A program made the position numbers and the translations under genes. Positions 46,424 through 47,580 of a stretch of 47,580 nucleotides of DNA are shown here, in pieces (within the stretch, counting starts at the first letter, position 1; every line of letters starts with the position of its first letter). The notes beneath the pieces are model-generated. The model was not told where the DNA came from. It did no database searches and saw nothing but the letters and a program-made list of their open reading frames with translations. The stretch is from a virus (Duplodnaviria; Caudoviricetes), in the IMG/VR virus record IMGVR_UViG_3300044252_000079, positions 1 to 47,580 of that record. One strand, written 5' to 3'.

Positions 46424-46740
46424 TGAAGCGTCAAGGCGACATCCTGCTCGTCCCGGTCGAGAGACTGCCGGACGGGCTAATCGAGGTGCCGCGCGAGGAC
46501 GGCAAGATCATCCTCGCCGAGGGGGAGGCCACCGGCCATCTCCACATGATCGACTCGGAGAAGGCGACCTTCCTGGCGGAGGACATCGCCCAGATCGAGG
46601 ACCGCTTCCTTGCCGTTGAAGAGGAGGTCGCTCTCGAACACCCCGAGCACGACACCGTGACGCTGGCCCCGGGCAACTACGAGGTCCGGCGCCAGCGGGA
46701 ATACGACCAGGCCGGGGGGATCGAGCTCGTCGCCGACTGA
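46423..46740 (+). CDS. Conserved phage protein (RQGD...GEATGH...HPEH...RQREY), usual partner of DUF6745 genes
   Basis: Characteristic motifs; RBS AAGGAG. Confidence 0.75.
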   Translation: MKRQGDILLVPVERLPDGLIEVPREDGKIILAEGEATGHLHMIDSEKATFLAEDIAQIEDRFLAVEEEVALEHPEHDTVTLAPGNYEVRRQREYDQAGGIELVAD

Positions 46741-46756
46741 ACCCCTGCCGTGACCA

Positions 46757-46780
46757 GGGCGGGCCCGTTGAGGCCCGCCC
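46757..46780. other. Intergenic hairpin
   Basis: GGGCGGGCC-N6-GGCCCGCCC; no U tract. Confidence 0.6.
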
Positions 46781-46800
46781 CAACTTCTTCAAGGAGACCA

Positions 46801-47580
46801 ATGCCGAAGCGAATCGACAGCCTCACCGACAGCCAGCGCGCCGCGATGCTGCTGCATGCCGACCACTGGATCCAGCGCGGTCTGGATTGCACTCCCGTCG
46901 ACTGGGATGAGGTCGAGCGCGGCGTCCGGGAGTGCTACGGATTCGCCAACCTCGACGAGCCGAAGGTGATCGTCCGAGTGCCGACCCCGTTCGTCGGGGC
47001 CCTCGCGTTCCCCATCGCCTCCTACCTGCTTGCTTCCGGTGCCGGCGCCAGCCGGCACCGCGGCGCGGTGCGCGGCGCGGTGGGCGGCGCGGTGCGCGGC
47101 GCGGTGGACGACGCGGTGCGCGGCGCGGTGGACGGCGCGGTGGACGGCGCGGTGCGCGACGCGGTGGACGGCGCGGTGGGCGGCGCGGTGGACGACGCGG
47201 TGCGCGACGCGGTGGACGGCGCGGTGGGCGGCGCGGTGCGCGACGCGGTGGACGGCGCGGTGGGCGGCGCGGTGCGCGACGCGGTGGACGACGCGGTGGA
47301 CGACGCGGTGGACGGCGCGGTGGACGACGCGGTGCGCGGCGCGGTGCGCGACGCGGTGGACGACGCGGTGGACGGCGCGGTGGACGGCGCGGTGCGCGGC
47401 GCGGTGCGCGACGCGGTGGGCGACGCGGTGGACGGCGCGGTGGACGGCGCGGTGGGCGGCGCGGTGCGCGACGCGGTGGGCGACGCGGTGGACGGCGCGG
47501 TGGACGACGCGGTGGGCGGCGCGGTGGACGGCGCGGTGCGCGGCGCGGTGCGCGACGCGGTGGACGGCGCGGTGGACGGC
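46801..47580 (+). CDS. DUF6745-like protein with tetrapeptide repeats (3'-truncated by the window)
   Basis: RBS AAGGAG; MPKRIDSLT...W...GL...P.D...E.G...CY..A.L.EP N-terminus, then AV(R/G/D)(G/D) repeats. Confidence 0.7.
   Translation, partial: MPKRIDSLTDSQRAAMLLHADHWIQRGLDCTPVDWDEVERGVRECYGFANLDEPKVIVRVPTPFVGALAFPIASYLLASGAGASRHRGAVRGAVGGAVRGAVDDAVRGAVDGAVDGAVRDAVDGAVGGAVDDAVRDAVDGAVGGAVRDAVDGAVGGAVRDAVDDAVDDAVDGAVDDAVRGAVRDAVDDAVDGAVDGAVRGAVRDAVGDAVDGAVDGAVGGAVRDAVGDAVDGAVDDAVGGAVDGAVRGAVRDAVDGAVDG
47059..47580 (+). repeat. 12-bp tandem repeat (CGC/GGC/GAC)(GGC/GAC)GCGGTG, at least 43 units
   Basis: Read directly; continues to the window end. Confidence 0.97.

Larger units (their letters stand above)
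2011..47580 (+). mobile_element. Prophage (siphovirus-like, Mu-like head module) integrated at tRNA-Ser; continues beyond the window
   Basis: att remnant, terminase, portal, capsid, tail tube, tape measure, lysis, repressor/cro switch, recombination genes. Confidence 0.93.

Noticed and set aside
47059-47580. Tandem repeat as CRISPR or a DGR variable region
   Set aside because: No unique spacers, no reverse transcriptase or template repeat in the window; it is an in-frame coding repeat

Overview
High-GC, actinobacterial-looking window (Solirubrobacterales/Thermoleophilia-like host is my inference). It holds one host gene (BcsA-like GT2 with PilZ, 1-1959, minus strand), then a 5'-truncated tRNA-Ser(CGA) remnant (~2011-2072) marking a prophage attachment junction. 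The rest is a siphovirus-like prophage that runs off the right end. Order: repeat-punctuated small accessory genes, a Mom/XF1762-like gene and a C5 DNA methyltransferase (2.2-6.3 kb); a small tyrosine recombinase; a truncated or split sigma factor; terminase; a portal-MuF-metallopeptidase fusion; LuxR and FlgM-like regulators; Mu-like head genes; a glycosyltransferase/methyltransferase/radical SAM cluster inside the virion operon; tail; two endolysins and a holin; immunity switch; recombination/replication genes; and a DUF6745-like gene with a 12-bp combinatorial repeat. The most striking unannotated signal is the motif CNGATAGTC, found 6-9 nt before the ATG of 13 late-region ORFs. Together with the region-2-only sigma, a separate region-4-like peptide and an FlgM-like anti-sigma, it suggests a phage sigma28-like leaderless late-transcription system. 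All family assignments come from motif recognition by eye; no searches were run.
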